A DNA stretch of 64,000 nt, taken from assembly GCF_009914755.1 (NCBI RefSeq), contig NC_060933.1. One strand, given 5' to 3'. The position numbers and the translations under genes are program-made. Below the pieces are notes generated by a model, which made no database searches, was not told the DNA's origin, and was given only the letters and a program-made list of their open reading frames with translations. Source of the stretch: the human T2T-CHM13v2.0 reference genome, Homo sapiens. Shown here in pieces: positions 17,421 to 31,022 of the stretch (position 1 is the first letter of the stretch; the number at the start of each line of letters is the position of its first letter).

Positions 17421-17508
17421 CCAAGAAGGGAGTTAAAACAGGAACATCTCACAGCCATTACAGAAATTGAAGTATTTAAGTATCTCAATTAAAACCAAAC
17501 CATCATAA

Positions 17509-17827
<319 letters not shown>

Positions 17828-18322
17828 GAAAGATTTCATTTTTAATGCCTGCTAAAATATTCCACTGTATGGATATACCAGAACTTACTCCTTGACTTAG
17901 TAATTAAATGTATTTATATTCTGTCTTGAGTTTGCCTCCCATGTTTCAAATATACTAGTCTTCTCAGTTACATTGCCAAGGCCATTATTTATATTTCGAT
18001 GGTATTCTCAGCACCAGCTGCTGTGATCATTGAAATGTATTCTTGACCTTAGATGCTCACTGCACACTTGACAGATTGAGAACTGAGTAGAGGTGCTTGT
18101 TAGTATCTGTATCTCAGTGGCTGGGGACAGCTGCACTCAGCTTGTGTGACTCATGCAAAGTCAGATGATCAGTCATAGAGGGAACTTGGAACTTAAAAGT
18201 GTAAACTGGAACTTACGCTTTTAAAAATTATTCTATCTCACATAGTGAGAAATCTTTATGACTCTTTAGTCTACAAAAGGGATCAGTGAACAGTTTCTGT
18301 AAGGTGACAGATGATATGGTAT

Positions 18323-18832
18323 AGAGTAGTTCCCCTTATCCATGGTTTCACTTTCTGTGGTTTCAATTAAATGTGGTCAACTGTGGTCTGAAAATATTAA
18401 ATGGAAAATTCTAGAAATAATGTATAAGTTTAGATTATATGCTGTTTTGAGTAGTGTCCCTCCTAGAACACGAATCACCACTTTGTCTAGCATATCCATG
18501 CCTTATACGCTACCTGCCCGTTAGTCACTTAGTAGCCTTCTGAGTTATCAGATTGACTGTTGAGGTATCACAGTGCTGTGTTTAAGGAGCCCTCATTTTA
18601 CTTAATAATGGCACCAAAGCACAAGAATAGTGATGCTGGCTTATTGTTAGAATTGTTCTATGTTATTAGTAGCTATTGTTGTTAATCTCTTACCGTGCCT
18701 AATTTATAAACTTTATTATAAGTATATATGTAAAGGAAACACAATATGTATAGTGTCCTGTACTACTGAAGATTTCAGGTGTCCACTGAGGATCTTGGAA
18801 GGAATCCCCTGTGGATAAGGGTGCACCACTGT
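18323..18832 (+). mobile_element. MER44B (Tigger7-derived MITE)
   Basis: TIRs gtagttccccttatccatgg / tgtggataagggtgcaccactg, TA flanks, internal aatggcaccaaagcacaagaatagtgatgctgg. Confidence 0.8.
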
Positions 18833-18883
18833 AAATATGTTCAGCTTTGAGGGCAACATAGTCTCTGTCACAACTGCTCTACC

Positions 18884-19368
18884 TGCAACAGCGCCAGACA
18901 AATCTGGCTAAACTTTAATCCAACAAAGTTATGAGTTGGTCTGAGCCCTCAGGCTGAAGGTCATGTAAACTGAGCATGCCCAGATGAACCAAGTATGCAA
19001 CCACAAGGGGAACAGAAGTGCCCAGACCAAGGAGAAGACCAAAGAGCAGGGACTGACTTAAGAAGCAGACGCAGTATGGAAGGATCCAGGATCCAATCAA
19101 ATTGAGCTCTGGCATCAGCCCATTGTGGGATCGAATCAGATCATGCCTCCTGGCATCATCTCATTGCAGAATTCAATCAGATCACACCTCATTACCCTAT
19201 GCTTATAAAACCCTACCCAAACGCCAGCTGGGGGTGATATATTGGAGCACTTCTTCCTGTCTCCTTACCAGTCCACTTGCAATGAAGCTTTTTTTTCCTC
19301 AAAAGCCAGTGCCATGGTCTTGGCCTCCATGTACATTAGGCAGCAAGCCCATTGTTTGCTCAGTAACA
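18884..19368 (+). mobile_element. ERV1-class solo LTR (family uncertain)
   Basis: tgcaaca...gtaaca termini, repeated caatcagatca CCAAT-like units, TATA (cttataaaa). Confidence 0.7.
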
Positions 19369-19775
19369 CCCTACATTTGCATCCCTTTGTATCGTGAAAA
19401 CAGCCACAGAGACAATGTAAATGACTTTTATCTCATTTAAATGAATTGTCAACCTCAGCTAAATTACTACTTATCATATAAACAGAAAATGTAAATAAAC
19501 TGATTATTTCTTTCCATCCATGTTTTTACTGTCTTCATGTATAGCATGTATAGGATTTTGAAGTTAACTGTTTCTGAAAACTTACTTGCAAATTTTTCAA
19601 CACTGCAAAAATTGCTTAAAATAATGAAGCCAAGAAAATTAAGCCAGGTTAAAAACATAAAAGAAGAAAAGGAAGGAGGGCAGGCAGGTAGGCATTTGTT
19701 AAAAGCTTCTTTCCCTCAGCATACTATTATTTGCGATTCAGCTGTCTTGTTGTGTTTATCAGTAAGTTGATTCTT

Positions 19776-20064
19776 GGCCAGGCACAGTGGCTTCACGCCT
19801 ATAATCCCAGCACTTTGGGAGGCCCAGGTACGTGGATCACTTGAGGTCAGCAGTTTGAGAACATCCTGGCCAACATGGTGAAACCCCGTCTCTACTAAAA
19901 ATACAAAAATTAGCTGGGTGTGGTGGCGGGCACCTGTAATCCCAGCTACTCTGGAGGCTGAGGCAGGAGAATCGCTTGAACCCGGAGGCAGAGCTTGCAG
20001 TGAGCCGAGATCTCACCACTTGCACTTCAGCTTGGGCAACAGAGTGAGACTCCTTCAAAAAAAA
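19776..20064 (+). mobile_element. AluS
   Basis: TSD aagttgattctt. Confidence 0.92.
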
Positions 20065-20251
20065 AGTTGATTCTTTTTATTGTGAGTACTGTTCCATTGT
20101 ATACCATTTGTTAGCCCATTCTCTTATTGATGGACAGCTGGGATGTTTAGATGTTCGAAATAAAGATGCCTTGAACTATCATAAGTTTTCATGTGAACCT
20201 ATGTTTTTTAATTCTCTTGGGATTAGAACTGCTGGGACAGAGGATCAGTGA

Positions 20252-20554
<303 letters not shown>

Positions 20555-20701
20555 GAAACCTTAATTTTATGAAATGTTTTTTATGTTCCAGACCTTAACT
20601 GATGAGCTTTTAAAACTAACTTCTAAATTTGAAATGTACATTTAATTATGGAATACGCTTTAATGTAATCTTTTGGGATAATCACCTAATATTTTGCCTT
20701 G
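20555..20701 (+). repeat. 147-bp non-repeat sequence duplicated at 43057-43203
   Basis: Direct comparison shows one mismatch (20639 c vs 43141 t). Confidence 0.95.
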
Positions 20702-20861
20702 AGATTTTTAATATAAATAACAATAAAATAAATAACTAATAGTAAATGAATACCTTCTCAATCTTCCTAACCTTGGAATATGGGGACAGGATGTGAAAAT
20801 ATCTTAGAGTTTTGAGATCTTTACATGGTTCCCTCAAGGCTTTTAAAAAGAGTATTTAATT

Positions 20862-21153
<292 letters not shown>

Positions 21154-21405
21154 TTAATTGTGTTGATTTTAATGATTACTGAAATTTTGGCTGTTTTTTT
21201 GAAACTATTTCTTGTTTCCTTTCTCTTTCCCTTGTAAATAAGCTGTAAGAGAAAACTGCTCAATCACAAAACGTAACAGAAGGCTTTCATGTCAGTGTCC
21301 AATAGGAATGAATTTTTTATGGTGACAAGGTAGGGTTATAATCCAGATCTCTGGTAGGCACATCCATAAGGTGCAAGGTGTGTAGAAAATAGCATCAGTT
21401 TTTTT

Positions 21406-21774
21406 GGCTGGGTGCGGTGGCTCACGCCTGTAATCCTAGGATTTTGGGAGGCTGAGGACCGTGGATCACCTGAGGTGTCAAGAGTTCGAGACCAGCAGAT
21501 ATGGTGTTCTTGTTCTCAAAGCCGAGGTGGGTGGATCACCTGAGGCCAGGAGTTCAAGACCAGCTTGGCAAACATGGCAAAACCCCGTCTCTACTAAAAA
21601 TACAAAAATTAGCCAGGCGTGGTGGCAGGTGCCTGTAGTCCCAGTTACTCGGGAGGCTGAGGCAGGAGAATGGCGTGAACCCGGGAGGCGGAGCTTGCAG
21701 TGAGCTGAGATCCTACCACTGTACTTCAGCCTGGGCACAGAGTGAGATTCCATCTCAAAAAAAAAAAAAAAAAA
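21406..21774 (+). mobile_element. Chimeric Alu (duplicated left-arm segment, AluS left arm, AluY right arm)
   Basis: Left-arm segment repeated around the non-Alu filler agatatggtgttcttgttctcaaa; no TSD seen. Confidence 0.8.
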
Positions 21775-23643
21775 GAGTCTAGGATCCAGAGAAGTCAACT
21801 GTATTAATGATGTGGTCATATCCATGCCAGAGCTTATTTGGAAATGCACAGAATTGATTCCAAGATGTTTTAATAATGCAGTCTGGAGTTTGCATCTCAA
21901 AGTAATGATCCATCAAGGATGGTCTTTAGAGCTATTTTCTAACTCACATGCTTAGTGGAGACTCACATCAAAATGCCCTGTTAATAGGAATCAGTAGCTG
22001 GTAAACTGAAGCCTAATTCAATTGGTGTCATTTCCCTGCAAATTCGTACTCCATTTCTGTGCTATCAACTGAAGACCACCCACCCAAAGCTATTAGTATA
22101 CAATATGATGTGTAACAGAGCTCCATGACTTCTCTGTGGAATAAATTATTTCACTGTAGTTTTTAAAAATATTTTTCATGTTTATACTCAGAGTAAATGA
22201 GCAATGTTACAACTATTCTTCTCTGTAAATTGTCACACCTTAAGTTCCTTAGGATGGCTCAACTCTTTCACATTTCCAGCATGGGAAATAATTGTTTAAT
22301 AAAAATAAAACATAACAATGGATTCATGATCCAAAGAAGGCAAAATAGAAGATTTCTTGTTTTCTATTTCTCTTGACTCCTCAGCTAATTGTACCACCAC
22401 TAAACCTTTCTTTATCTCCCCCACCTCACAGGGTTAATCTCTAATGCTGCTCAACATTTTATACCTATGTGGAAACTACCATTTAACTAAATTTTGTTTG
22501 ATGTGGAAAAAAAATCATTCTTTCAATATTTGATAATTTTGGATAGCTAAGCACTTTTGTTAGATTTTTATTTTCTTCAAGAGAAATAAAATAGATGCAG
22601 TGGAAAGGATTACTTCTCAGTCCCCAGGGGTTGAACACTCACCCGAGGACTCAGTGCATTTGATTCCTGACACTTATTTAAGTCCCCTTTTCATGCTTAC
22701 TTACTAGGACTTCTTAAATTTGTCTCCTTCCAGGTGAAATAATTCAAAACAACTCAAGAATGGAACTACTGATTCATTAATAAAGAACAGAAAATAAACA
22801 AGGGCAAAACTTGAGAACATAAATACACAAAAACACAAAGACTCACTTAATTTTTATCTCAGATAAAAAAGGAAAGTAGTTTGCTGAATTTGCCTTTCTA
22901 CTAAGAAGTCTTTGCTTTCACTTGGTTGGGAGGGTACTTAACATGAAGAAGCAGGAATTCCTGGAAAACAGGCCCCTTCTACCCTAATGTGTTTTCTGTG
23001 GGGTCGTTCAGTTATTGTCCCTAAGCAGAGGTAACTGGGAAATAGCCTTGGGCTGTAATTTTCCCATTTTACCTTAAGCAATATCATAACTAGCAAAGTG
23101 TGACACCCAGGAGGTTTGTTTTCTAGATAACACTCTCTTTACAATATAAGGGCTCTTTGAGAGAGTTAATATAATAAATCCTCAGAGTAAAGTCTAGGAT
23201 ACTCTTTAGAAATTAAATATTACTTGAAACATATGAAAGCCATTCAGCAGGTGACAGAGCTATTTACAAATAGATTAAACATCTTTCAAGTAAATTATTA
23301 TAACATTCATTAATGTTGTTAGTGTTTATGCACTAAAACATAGCCCAAAATAACATATTTTATCCTCATATTGTAACACAATTTATGTTACACTTGAACA
23401 AAAATCCCTCAGTGTGCAGCTGATTTTAAATCCATCATCAGTTCTACTAGTCAAATGTGGAGAATCTTTTTGCATTTGTACCTCTGGTAGCCAAAGTAAT
23501 GTATCTTCTCTCCATGTTTCTTTATCCATTCATTAATGTGCTGTTTTCACATTGCTTCGTTTTGAAATTGTCCATGGCCCAGCTGAACCAAGCAGAAAGA
23601 TTTCCCAGGCTGGTTGCATTGTATTTCACCTTCTGTTGTCAAT

Positions 23644-23691
23644 TCCTTTGGTCTCCTAAGAATAAAATCCTTTGGTCTCATAAGAATAAAA
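23644..23691 (+). repeat. 24-bp tandem duplication
   Basis: tcctttggtctc(c/a)taagaataaaa x2. Confidence 0.9.
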
Positions 23692-24929
23692 TGAGTTTTG
23701 TTTTCCTTTGAGCATGTAGAATATTTTTGGTTATTGTTCAAAAGTGAAGCCACAAATCAGAAAATGTTTTTCTTCTTCGTTTATTTGCTCCTCTAGCAAT
23801 GTATATTTCATATATGTGAGTGCTTAGGTCTAAATTTCAGGTCTACATTCGGCACAGCATCTTCATGGACAGCTAATGAGATTGCAGATGGTAAAGCAGA
23901 ACATGTGTGGTCCTGGGATAAACTACTCCAAATATCTTATTAAACCCTTAACACTCCCCTCTCTCACAGGCCTCCTTTGCATAAACATTTTATATTACAT
24001 TTTTATAAAGACATAGATGAATACCTCCACTGTAATTTTTCTTAAAATTTAGCACGATTATCTCCTTTGAAGAATAGAATGGTCCTTTAATCAACCAATT
24101 AAAATTGTATAACCCACCAGAAGAATTCATATATTATGTTTAATAATTAGTCACAAACCATATGTCTGGGACTATTTAATATTGACTTTAGCTCCATGTA
24201 TATTATTTCCATCTACTTTTTTATTTTAGTAGGTTAATAGTATGAGTATGAATATATTAATTTCTAAATGGAAAGAGATGTACTTTATTAAGCTTTGGAT
24301 TGTCAAGGAGAGCAATGGTTAAATATGACTAAGGTCCATTTATATTTAACTCTGCTATTTTTTTCTGGAATTGACAGTATAGGTGAATGCATGCTCGTAT
24401 TGTACTTTCTCCTTTGAAATAATGAAGAAGCCAGACAAAAGGATTATTGCTCACAGAAGAGAATAGAAAAAAGGAAGAGAACCAGGGAAAGAAGGACCCA
24501 ATCCACTTTCTCTAAAATTATTCATGTTTGAGACAATGACTGATTTCATGAGTATCTTCTTACCTCTCTATGTCTTTTTATGGCATATTTTAAGGTTGAT
24601 TTTTGAACTGCCTTTATAAATGTTTTCTAAGGTTTCAATGAAGGTAAATATGCCTTTGCAAACTATTTCTCAGGCTATGAACCATGAGTGTGTGGGTCAG
24701 TGAGTGGCAATGATGACATGCCACACTTGTGGAGAAATAAATGATGAAAGGTTAAATGCTTTTTGCCTTAGATCAGGAAGAAGAGGTTGTTCACTTGTTT
24801 AGAATGAACTCTCTGAGTTTCTTTATCTGCTCAGCTTGTAGCCATTGTTTCTGCAGCCACCAGAGACCCAGACAGAAGCACAGCAGCAGGAGATCCACTT
24901 GCATGGGTCAGATTGCAGATGTGGCTTCA

Positions 24930-25339
24930 ATGACATGACCACAGTGTGAAAGTTCCCTGGGGGGCACACAGCATGCTTAGAAAACACACACACACACACG
25001 GAGGTCATTGCCTTTATTGGGTCCAGGGCATTATATAAACAGGGAGCTTTAAATTGATGGGCTTAAAGCAAGCAGGCACTAGTACTAGGAAGTCACATTG
25101 TGACTGAAAAGTGTTTAAATGGTCGTTTAGAGGAAGCAGCAGGAAAGCTGGGAGCCCATCCTGCTAGGAGACAGAGATGCCTCCAGGTTTTTATTTCTGG
25201 TCACCACCTGGAGCCATTTGGGGGTATAGTGCAGGAAACTGCATCAAGGGTGACTGAACCCTGCTTCTGGTTTGAGAAAGTTAAACACATATTTAAAAAT
25301 GGATGCTAAGGCAACATAAAACTTTAAGCGCTCACTGCA
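24930..25339 (-). mobile_element. ERVL-type LTR (MER54-like, uncertain)
   Basis: Minus strand begins tgcagtgagcg...ttttatgttgccttagcatccatttt; aataaa on minus near 25013-25018; left boundary uncertain. Confidence 0.5.
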
Positions 25340-25344
25340 GCACA

Positions 25345-25577
25345 TTTACCTCTTTTATTTTACCATTGTATTGGAGGTTCTAGCCAAGATAAAATAATTA
25401 AACGAATAATAAAGTAAAGGCATTCAGATTGGAAAGGAAGAGGTAAAATTAGCTCTACTTGCAGATGACATTACCTTTATATAGAAAACCCCAACAATGC
25501 CACTAAAAAAAATTATTGGAACTAATAAACAAGTTCAGCCTGACGGCAAGGTACAAGATCAATATACAAAAATTGTA
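25345..25577 (+). mobile_element. L1M ORF2 fragment, left part of a split element
   Basis: ggaaaggaagaggtaaaa...tgcagatgaca...aagatcaatatacaaaaattgta; continues at 31364. Confidence 0.88.
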
Positions 25578-26240
25578 GGGGCCCGGCCCTGCACAGCGCC
25601 CTGGGGAAGCTGGTTTGAAAGCTCTGGAGCGACCCCAGTGCCGGGTAAAGGACAAGATTTGCCCAGACAGAAGGGAACTTGGGGAGAGGTGGCCGTAAGA
25701 GTGTGGGATGAAAATGTTTTGGGCAGAGCGGTCGAACTCACCTGAGGAAAGCATGGGGGGAGGAGTCATTAATATGAATGAGTGGCAGGGACAGGGCGTC
25801 CTTGCAGCGCCCTCGGTGTTGGAAGGGAAGACCGTGCAGCGCGATGGGGATCAGGGCGGCGGGCCGCAGCAGCCGGGGTGGGGTTGGGCGCCGGTCAGGG
25901 TGCCTTGAAGCAGATTCTGTCCTCAGGAGCTGCAGTTCTTCCTCCTCCGCCCTCACCGGCGGGCGACCTTAGGCAGGGAGTGAAATGCAACGGGAGCCCT
26001 GGAGGGAGGGTGAAGCCGCGCGTGCAGGAGGAACCTCCTATTGGCGAGTTCAGGTCCCCCAGCTGCGGAGGTGGGGGACCCTGTGTGGCAGCCTGCTGAG
26101 CGGCTGCTTCCTCCGCGGTTGGAGGGGGGAAGCTCTAGCCCCCCTCCTCTTTTTCAGCCGAGAAACCGCTAGTTACCCCCTTATGCAACCAAGACTGTAA
26201 TAACCCTGTCACCTTTCACGGCCCTCCGGGTCTGCGCCCA
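25578..26240. promoter_or_regulatory. CpG-rich promoter-like island at the 5' end of the retroposed insert
   Basis: Abrupt switch to GC/CpG-rich sequence; GC boxes; CCAAT on minus strand (26040-26044); CAG|GTGAGT on minus strand at 25736-25744. Confidence 0.7.
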
Positions 26241-26434
26241 TCCTCTGAGTATTCACTCATCCACCCCGAGGCCTGTTTTCCTCACCTGTTGTCCCTCTGG
26301 CAGAACTTAGGCCCCTCGGAGACCAGCCAGCATCTATCTGCCCGCTGTTCCCACCCACCACACTCCCTCCCCAGTTCTATCCCAGCTCCTTAAACTGTTG
26401 GAGTTCAAACCTCAGACCATGACAGCACACAGGC

Positions 26435-26530
26435 CTGGACTCCGGTATGGCCCTGGACAAGTTCCTTAATCTCTCTGAGCCTCAGCTTTCTTCCACGTGA
26501 AGCAGCGGTAACATTGTTATTAGGAGCCTC
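26435..26530 (+). mobile_element. MIR fragment
   Basis: ggacaagttccttaatctctctgagcctcagctttc core. Confidence 0.65.
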
Positions 26531-26756
26531 CCGGCCCCAGCACACCGACATACATACAACTGGATATCCATCCTGCCTGTGAGGAGTCGTCTTTACTTTG
26601 GGTTGTTTCTTGTCCACAGAGGTCCACACTTTATTTTCCTGGAGGCACCAGCGGAGTCACTGATGCACCCCTGCATCCAGCATGTTTAAGGGAGACAGTC
26701 TGGGGAGGGCAGGAAGAGCCTAGAGGGTCCCCTAGTGATTAGGGCTGTGATGGGGA

Positions 26757-27374
26757 TGTTACTGGAAAAGGGTCCCTATCCAGACCCTAAGAGAGGGTTC
26801 TTGGACCTCCTGCAAGAAGGAATTTGGGGCAAGTCCATAAAGTGAAAGCAAGCTTATTAAGAAAATAAAGGAATGAAAGAATGGTTACTCCATAGGCAGA
26901 GCAGCGGCATGAGCTGCTCGACTGACTATACTTACGGTTATTTCTTGATCATATGCTAAACAAAGGGTGGATTATTCATGAGTTTTCCGGGAAAGGGGTG
27001 GGCAATTCCTGCAACTGAGGGTTCCTACCCTTTTTAGACCCTATAGGGTAACTTCCTGATGTTGCCATGGCATTTGTAGACTGTCCTGGCACTGGCAGGA
27101 GTGTCATTTAGCATGGAAATACATTATAATTAGCATATAATGAGCAGTGAGGATGACCAGAGGTCACTTTCGTCACCATCTTGGTTTTGGCTGGCTCCTT
27201 TACTGCATCCTGTTTTATCAGCAAGGTCTTTGTGACCTGTATCTTGTGCGGACTTTCTATCTCATCCTGACTTAGAATGCCTAAGCTAGTGGGAATGCAG
27301 CCTCACAGGTCTCAGCCTTATTTTACCCAGCCCCTATTCAAGATGGAATCGCTCTGGTTCGATCACCTCTGACA
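26757..27374 (-). mobile_element. MER41B solo LTR
   Basis: tgttactggaaaagggtccc...cacctctgaca; includes the GAS-bearing segment; TSD ggga/gggg. Confidence 0.85.
26985..26993. promoter_or_regulatory. GAS (STAT1) motif TTCCGGGAA in MER41B
   Basis: Exact TTCN3GAA; the second site at 27006-27014 is broken (ttcctgcaa). Confidence 0.6.
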
Positions 27375-27476
27375 GGGGCAGTGTACATTCACATCTTGGC
27401 CTTTGCTGCCTCATCCTTCCAGATCTTTCAGATGCTTGCCCTCTGGCATTCTAGGATAGGAAGACTGCTTCCAAAG

Positions 27477-28536
27477 TGACGCAGGATTTTTCTCGGACAC
27501 TTTTCCAACTGCAGACTTCTGGCTGGCGATGCCCCTGCCCATGCCTAGCTCTGCCCCAGGCAGGAGGTGCCCTGCCCACTTGGGCTTGCACTCTGGTGGG
27601 GATCCTGCAGCCACCGAGACTGCATGCTCAGCCCCAGTAGGAGGGGGTGTGTGATCAAGTGAGTGCCTCATCTTGCCAGCAACTCCGAGTGCTGGCGCAG
27701 GAGCGGGCTCCCTTTGGGGCCTGCAGCTGGATCAGGCCTGTCGGAAGTGACTCCGGGGGTGAACTCTGGCATGCAGATGAAGGGAACTTGGTGGCGCCCA
27801 AACAGGAAAGCACTCGACTCTGAAGCCCCAGAGGGGATGTTACAGCCATGCTAACAGCTCTTTTAGTCCCACCGTCAGCAGCCTGACAAACGGGCATGTT
27901 AACAATGAATGGGGGGTGTGTTAACAACTCTGTCAGTCCTGTTGCCTGCTCCTGCTGGAGGCTCCCTGGCTGGCCTGGCCCTGCACTGCCTCTCATGGCA
28001 AGGGGCTGCCACTGGGCACAGATAGTGGGGGAGGGGTGGAGGGCTATGGTGTTACTGCCTTCTTCGTACCCTTTGCTGACAATGGAAGGGTGAAAAGGGC
28101 AGAGAAGAGTTTTATGAAGCAATGAAACAGCTCTCAGCGGAGAGGGGATGCGAGGGTGGTCCCTGACCTGAAGTCGGGTGGTCTCTCTCCCAGCGTGGCT
28201 GGGTCCGGGGCTTTTATGGGCTCAGAAGTGGGGACTGCATGCTGATTGGTTTACGAGTATACAAAAAAGGCTAAAACAAAGGAACCATTCAAAGGTGGCA
28301 TGACAGTGTAGAAAACCACCTAGGGAAGGGTAGATATATGTAAAGTAAGTGAAGGGTGGGGATCAGTCAGAGGAAAGTGCACCAACAGGAAGAGATGTTC
28401 TCAGCTCAGTCCATGGATTTATCCAAGACTTGTAGCTTAGCTTTCGGGCTTTAAACTGCCTTCGGTTTGAAAGTTGGATTTCGTTGGGGACATGCCACTA
28501 TCTGCCTAGGGGCTTGTCTGACTCCTGCCACTATTA
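27477..28536 (-). mobile_element. LTR27/LTR28-like solo LTR (ERV1)
   Basis: tgacgcaggatttttctcg start, gcatgctgattgg CCAAT block; perfect TSD aaag (27473-27476, 28537-28540). Confidence 0.75.
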
Positions 28537-28669
28537 AAAGTACTAAATCAGTGCATCTAGCCTGAGGGCTGCCCCTCGTCCACCCAGCAGAGGTTTTTGT
28601 TTTGTTTTGTTTTTCTTCTGTTTTAATTAAAATTTTAATTAAAAGGGACTAATATAGAGGGTTTTTAAA

Positions 28670-29290
28670 AAATTACCATATGTGTTGAGTATTTATGCTA
28701 TGCCAAGCACTTTGCATATATTTTCTCATTTAATCCTCTAAATAGCGAGGTTGATTGCCTTATCTCCATCCTATAGATGAGAAAGCTGAGACTGAGAGAA
28801 ATTAAGAAACCCACATGAGGTCATGTTGTATGTAAGTTAGTTTTTGCTGCATCATAAACCACCCGTTTATGATTTCAAACAGGTAATACTTGTTTCTCAA
28901 TAACTGGATGGGGGCTGGATGGCTAAGGGGCCTCATATTTTAGGGACAGGAGGAGCTCATCGTCAGCTGGGTGATGGGAATGTGACCACAAGTCTCATTA
29001 TCCAGGAGAGCTTGAACATAGGGGTTGAGTTTCAAAAGCAGCATAAGGGCAGCAACACAAGAACTTCCCATGTCTCACTTATGTCATATTTGCTATTCTC
29101 CCATTGGCCAAAGCAGGTCACAAGGGCATGGCCAGCCGGTATGGAAGGGGACAACCAAAGGGGTAGACACAGGGAGTGAGAATTGCTGCCATTTTCCCCA
29201 ACAAAGAATCTACCATCCATAGCTTCTAAGTGTACAGCTGGAAATCAAAACTAAGTTTGTCTTACTTGAAAGTTCAAAACTGTCTTGGAG
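28670..29290. mobile_element. MIR split by an MLT1-type LTR fragment
   Basis: tgccaagcactttgcatatattttctcatttaatcctc...gatgagaaagctgag (MIR); cccattggccaaagcaggtcacaagg (MLT1J/K-like). Confidence 0.55.
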
Positions 29291-29469
29291 CTACTGCCCG
29301 GGGTCTAGGAATCCAGAACATTCCACACATTGCCTAAGTCAACAACCTGTTGCGCACACACACCAGCAACTGTTTTACAAAAGTATGTGGATCTGGTTGT
29401 CATTGATAAAATGCAAATTAATTTAGATGTATTATTCAATTCATAGTATAATTTTGTTGTATTTTCAAA

Positions 29470-30112
29470 TCAACAGATATTTACATCATTTCAAAGCAGC
29501 TCTTCACAAATTATTCATTAGTTACAAAAGGAAGTCACTTCACAGTGGAAAAATCTGGCAGGCGCCACCTTAATCAAGTAACCAAAATGAACATCCTCAG
29601 TAATAGGACAAATTGCAATCGTGTGCCTCCTGATAGTCTAGCAAGAAGAACACAGCATCACTTCTATGATGCTCCTGCCAATAATACATAATTGGAATCT
29701 AATCCTAAAGCAACAAATTCAAATTAAGGAAAATTCTACAAAATAATTGGCCTGTAATAGAAGTGTAAAGTCATGAAAGTTAAGGAAAGACTGAAGAACT
29801 GTTCCAGACTGAAGATGAAAGAGACGTGAGAAATAAGTGCAGTGGTGATTCTGAACTGGATCCTGACTTGGCAAAACTTGAATAGATCTGTTGGTTGGAT
29901 GGTAGAAATCTATTAATGTTGATTTCCTGATTTTGCTAGCTATATTACAATTTTATTGCATTCAGTCCTTGTTTATAGAAGACATACAGTATGTAGGGGT
30001 TATAGGGAGTCAGGTCAGGAACTTTCAAATCATTTAGCAAAACAAAAGTTCTTTGTACTTTAATTCCAAGACTTCTATAAATTTGAGATTATTTTAAAAA
30101 TACTTAAAAAAA
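29470..30112 (+). mobile_element. L1MC-type 3' end
   Basis: cagtggaaaaatctggcagg...caccttaatcaag...ctgaactggatcctg typical L1MC 3'UTR. Confidence 0.7.
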
Positions 30113-30267
30113 AAACTCCTTTAAAGTCTCTCAACATGCTGTCCTATTAATAATAGATTTCTAAATTTGTTTTTATTTTTATCAAGGTTTTGTGTGCCCA
30201 TAGTTTGAAGTATTAAATCTTTTTTTATTTATTAAAATATTTTTTAATGTCCATTCAGAGGTAATGA

Positions 30268-30648
<381 letters not shown>

Positions 30649-30757
30649 TAGTTCCCTTATCTCCACTTTCCCCCTTTCCTGCACCTCAGAGGCAACTGCT
30701 TTCAGCTGATTACTTTGACAGGTATGACCTTATTTCCACATAATTGCTTATGTCATT

Positions 30758-31022
30758 ATTTTTTTCTTTTTGAGGTAGGGTCTTGCTCTGTTGCCCAGGA
30801 GTGCAGTGGCGCACTTGTAGCTCACTACAACCTTGAACTCCTGGGCTCAAATGATCCTCTGGCCTCAGTCTCCTGATAAGCTGGGACTACAGGTACATGC
30901 TACCATGCCTGGCTAATTTATTTTCACAGAGACAAGGTCTCACTATGTTGCTTGGGCTGACCTCTAACTTCTAGGCTCAAGTGATCCTCCCGCCTCGGCC
31001 TCCCAAAGTGTTGGAATACAGG
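30758..31022 (-). mobile_element. AluJ interrupted near its 5' end by MER57
   Basis: ctcctgggctcaa/gatcctcc AluJ diagnostics; the last ~20 nt are missing. Confidence 0.85.

Larger units (their letters stand above)
18275..19430 (+). mobile_element. MER58A-like element split by MER44B and an LTR
   Basis: Pieces at ~18275-18320, 18833-18883 and 19369-19430 are collinear with MER58A. Confidence 0.5.

Noticed and set aside
25497-26200. Overlapping ORFs in the CpG island
   Set aside because: Expected in GC-rich DNA; no recognisable protein
28621-28644. 24-bp AT palindrome ttttaattaaaattttaattaaaa
   Set aside because: Low-complexity 12-mer duplication, too short for a PATRR
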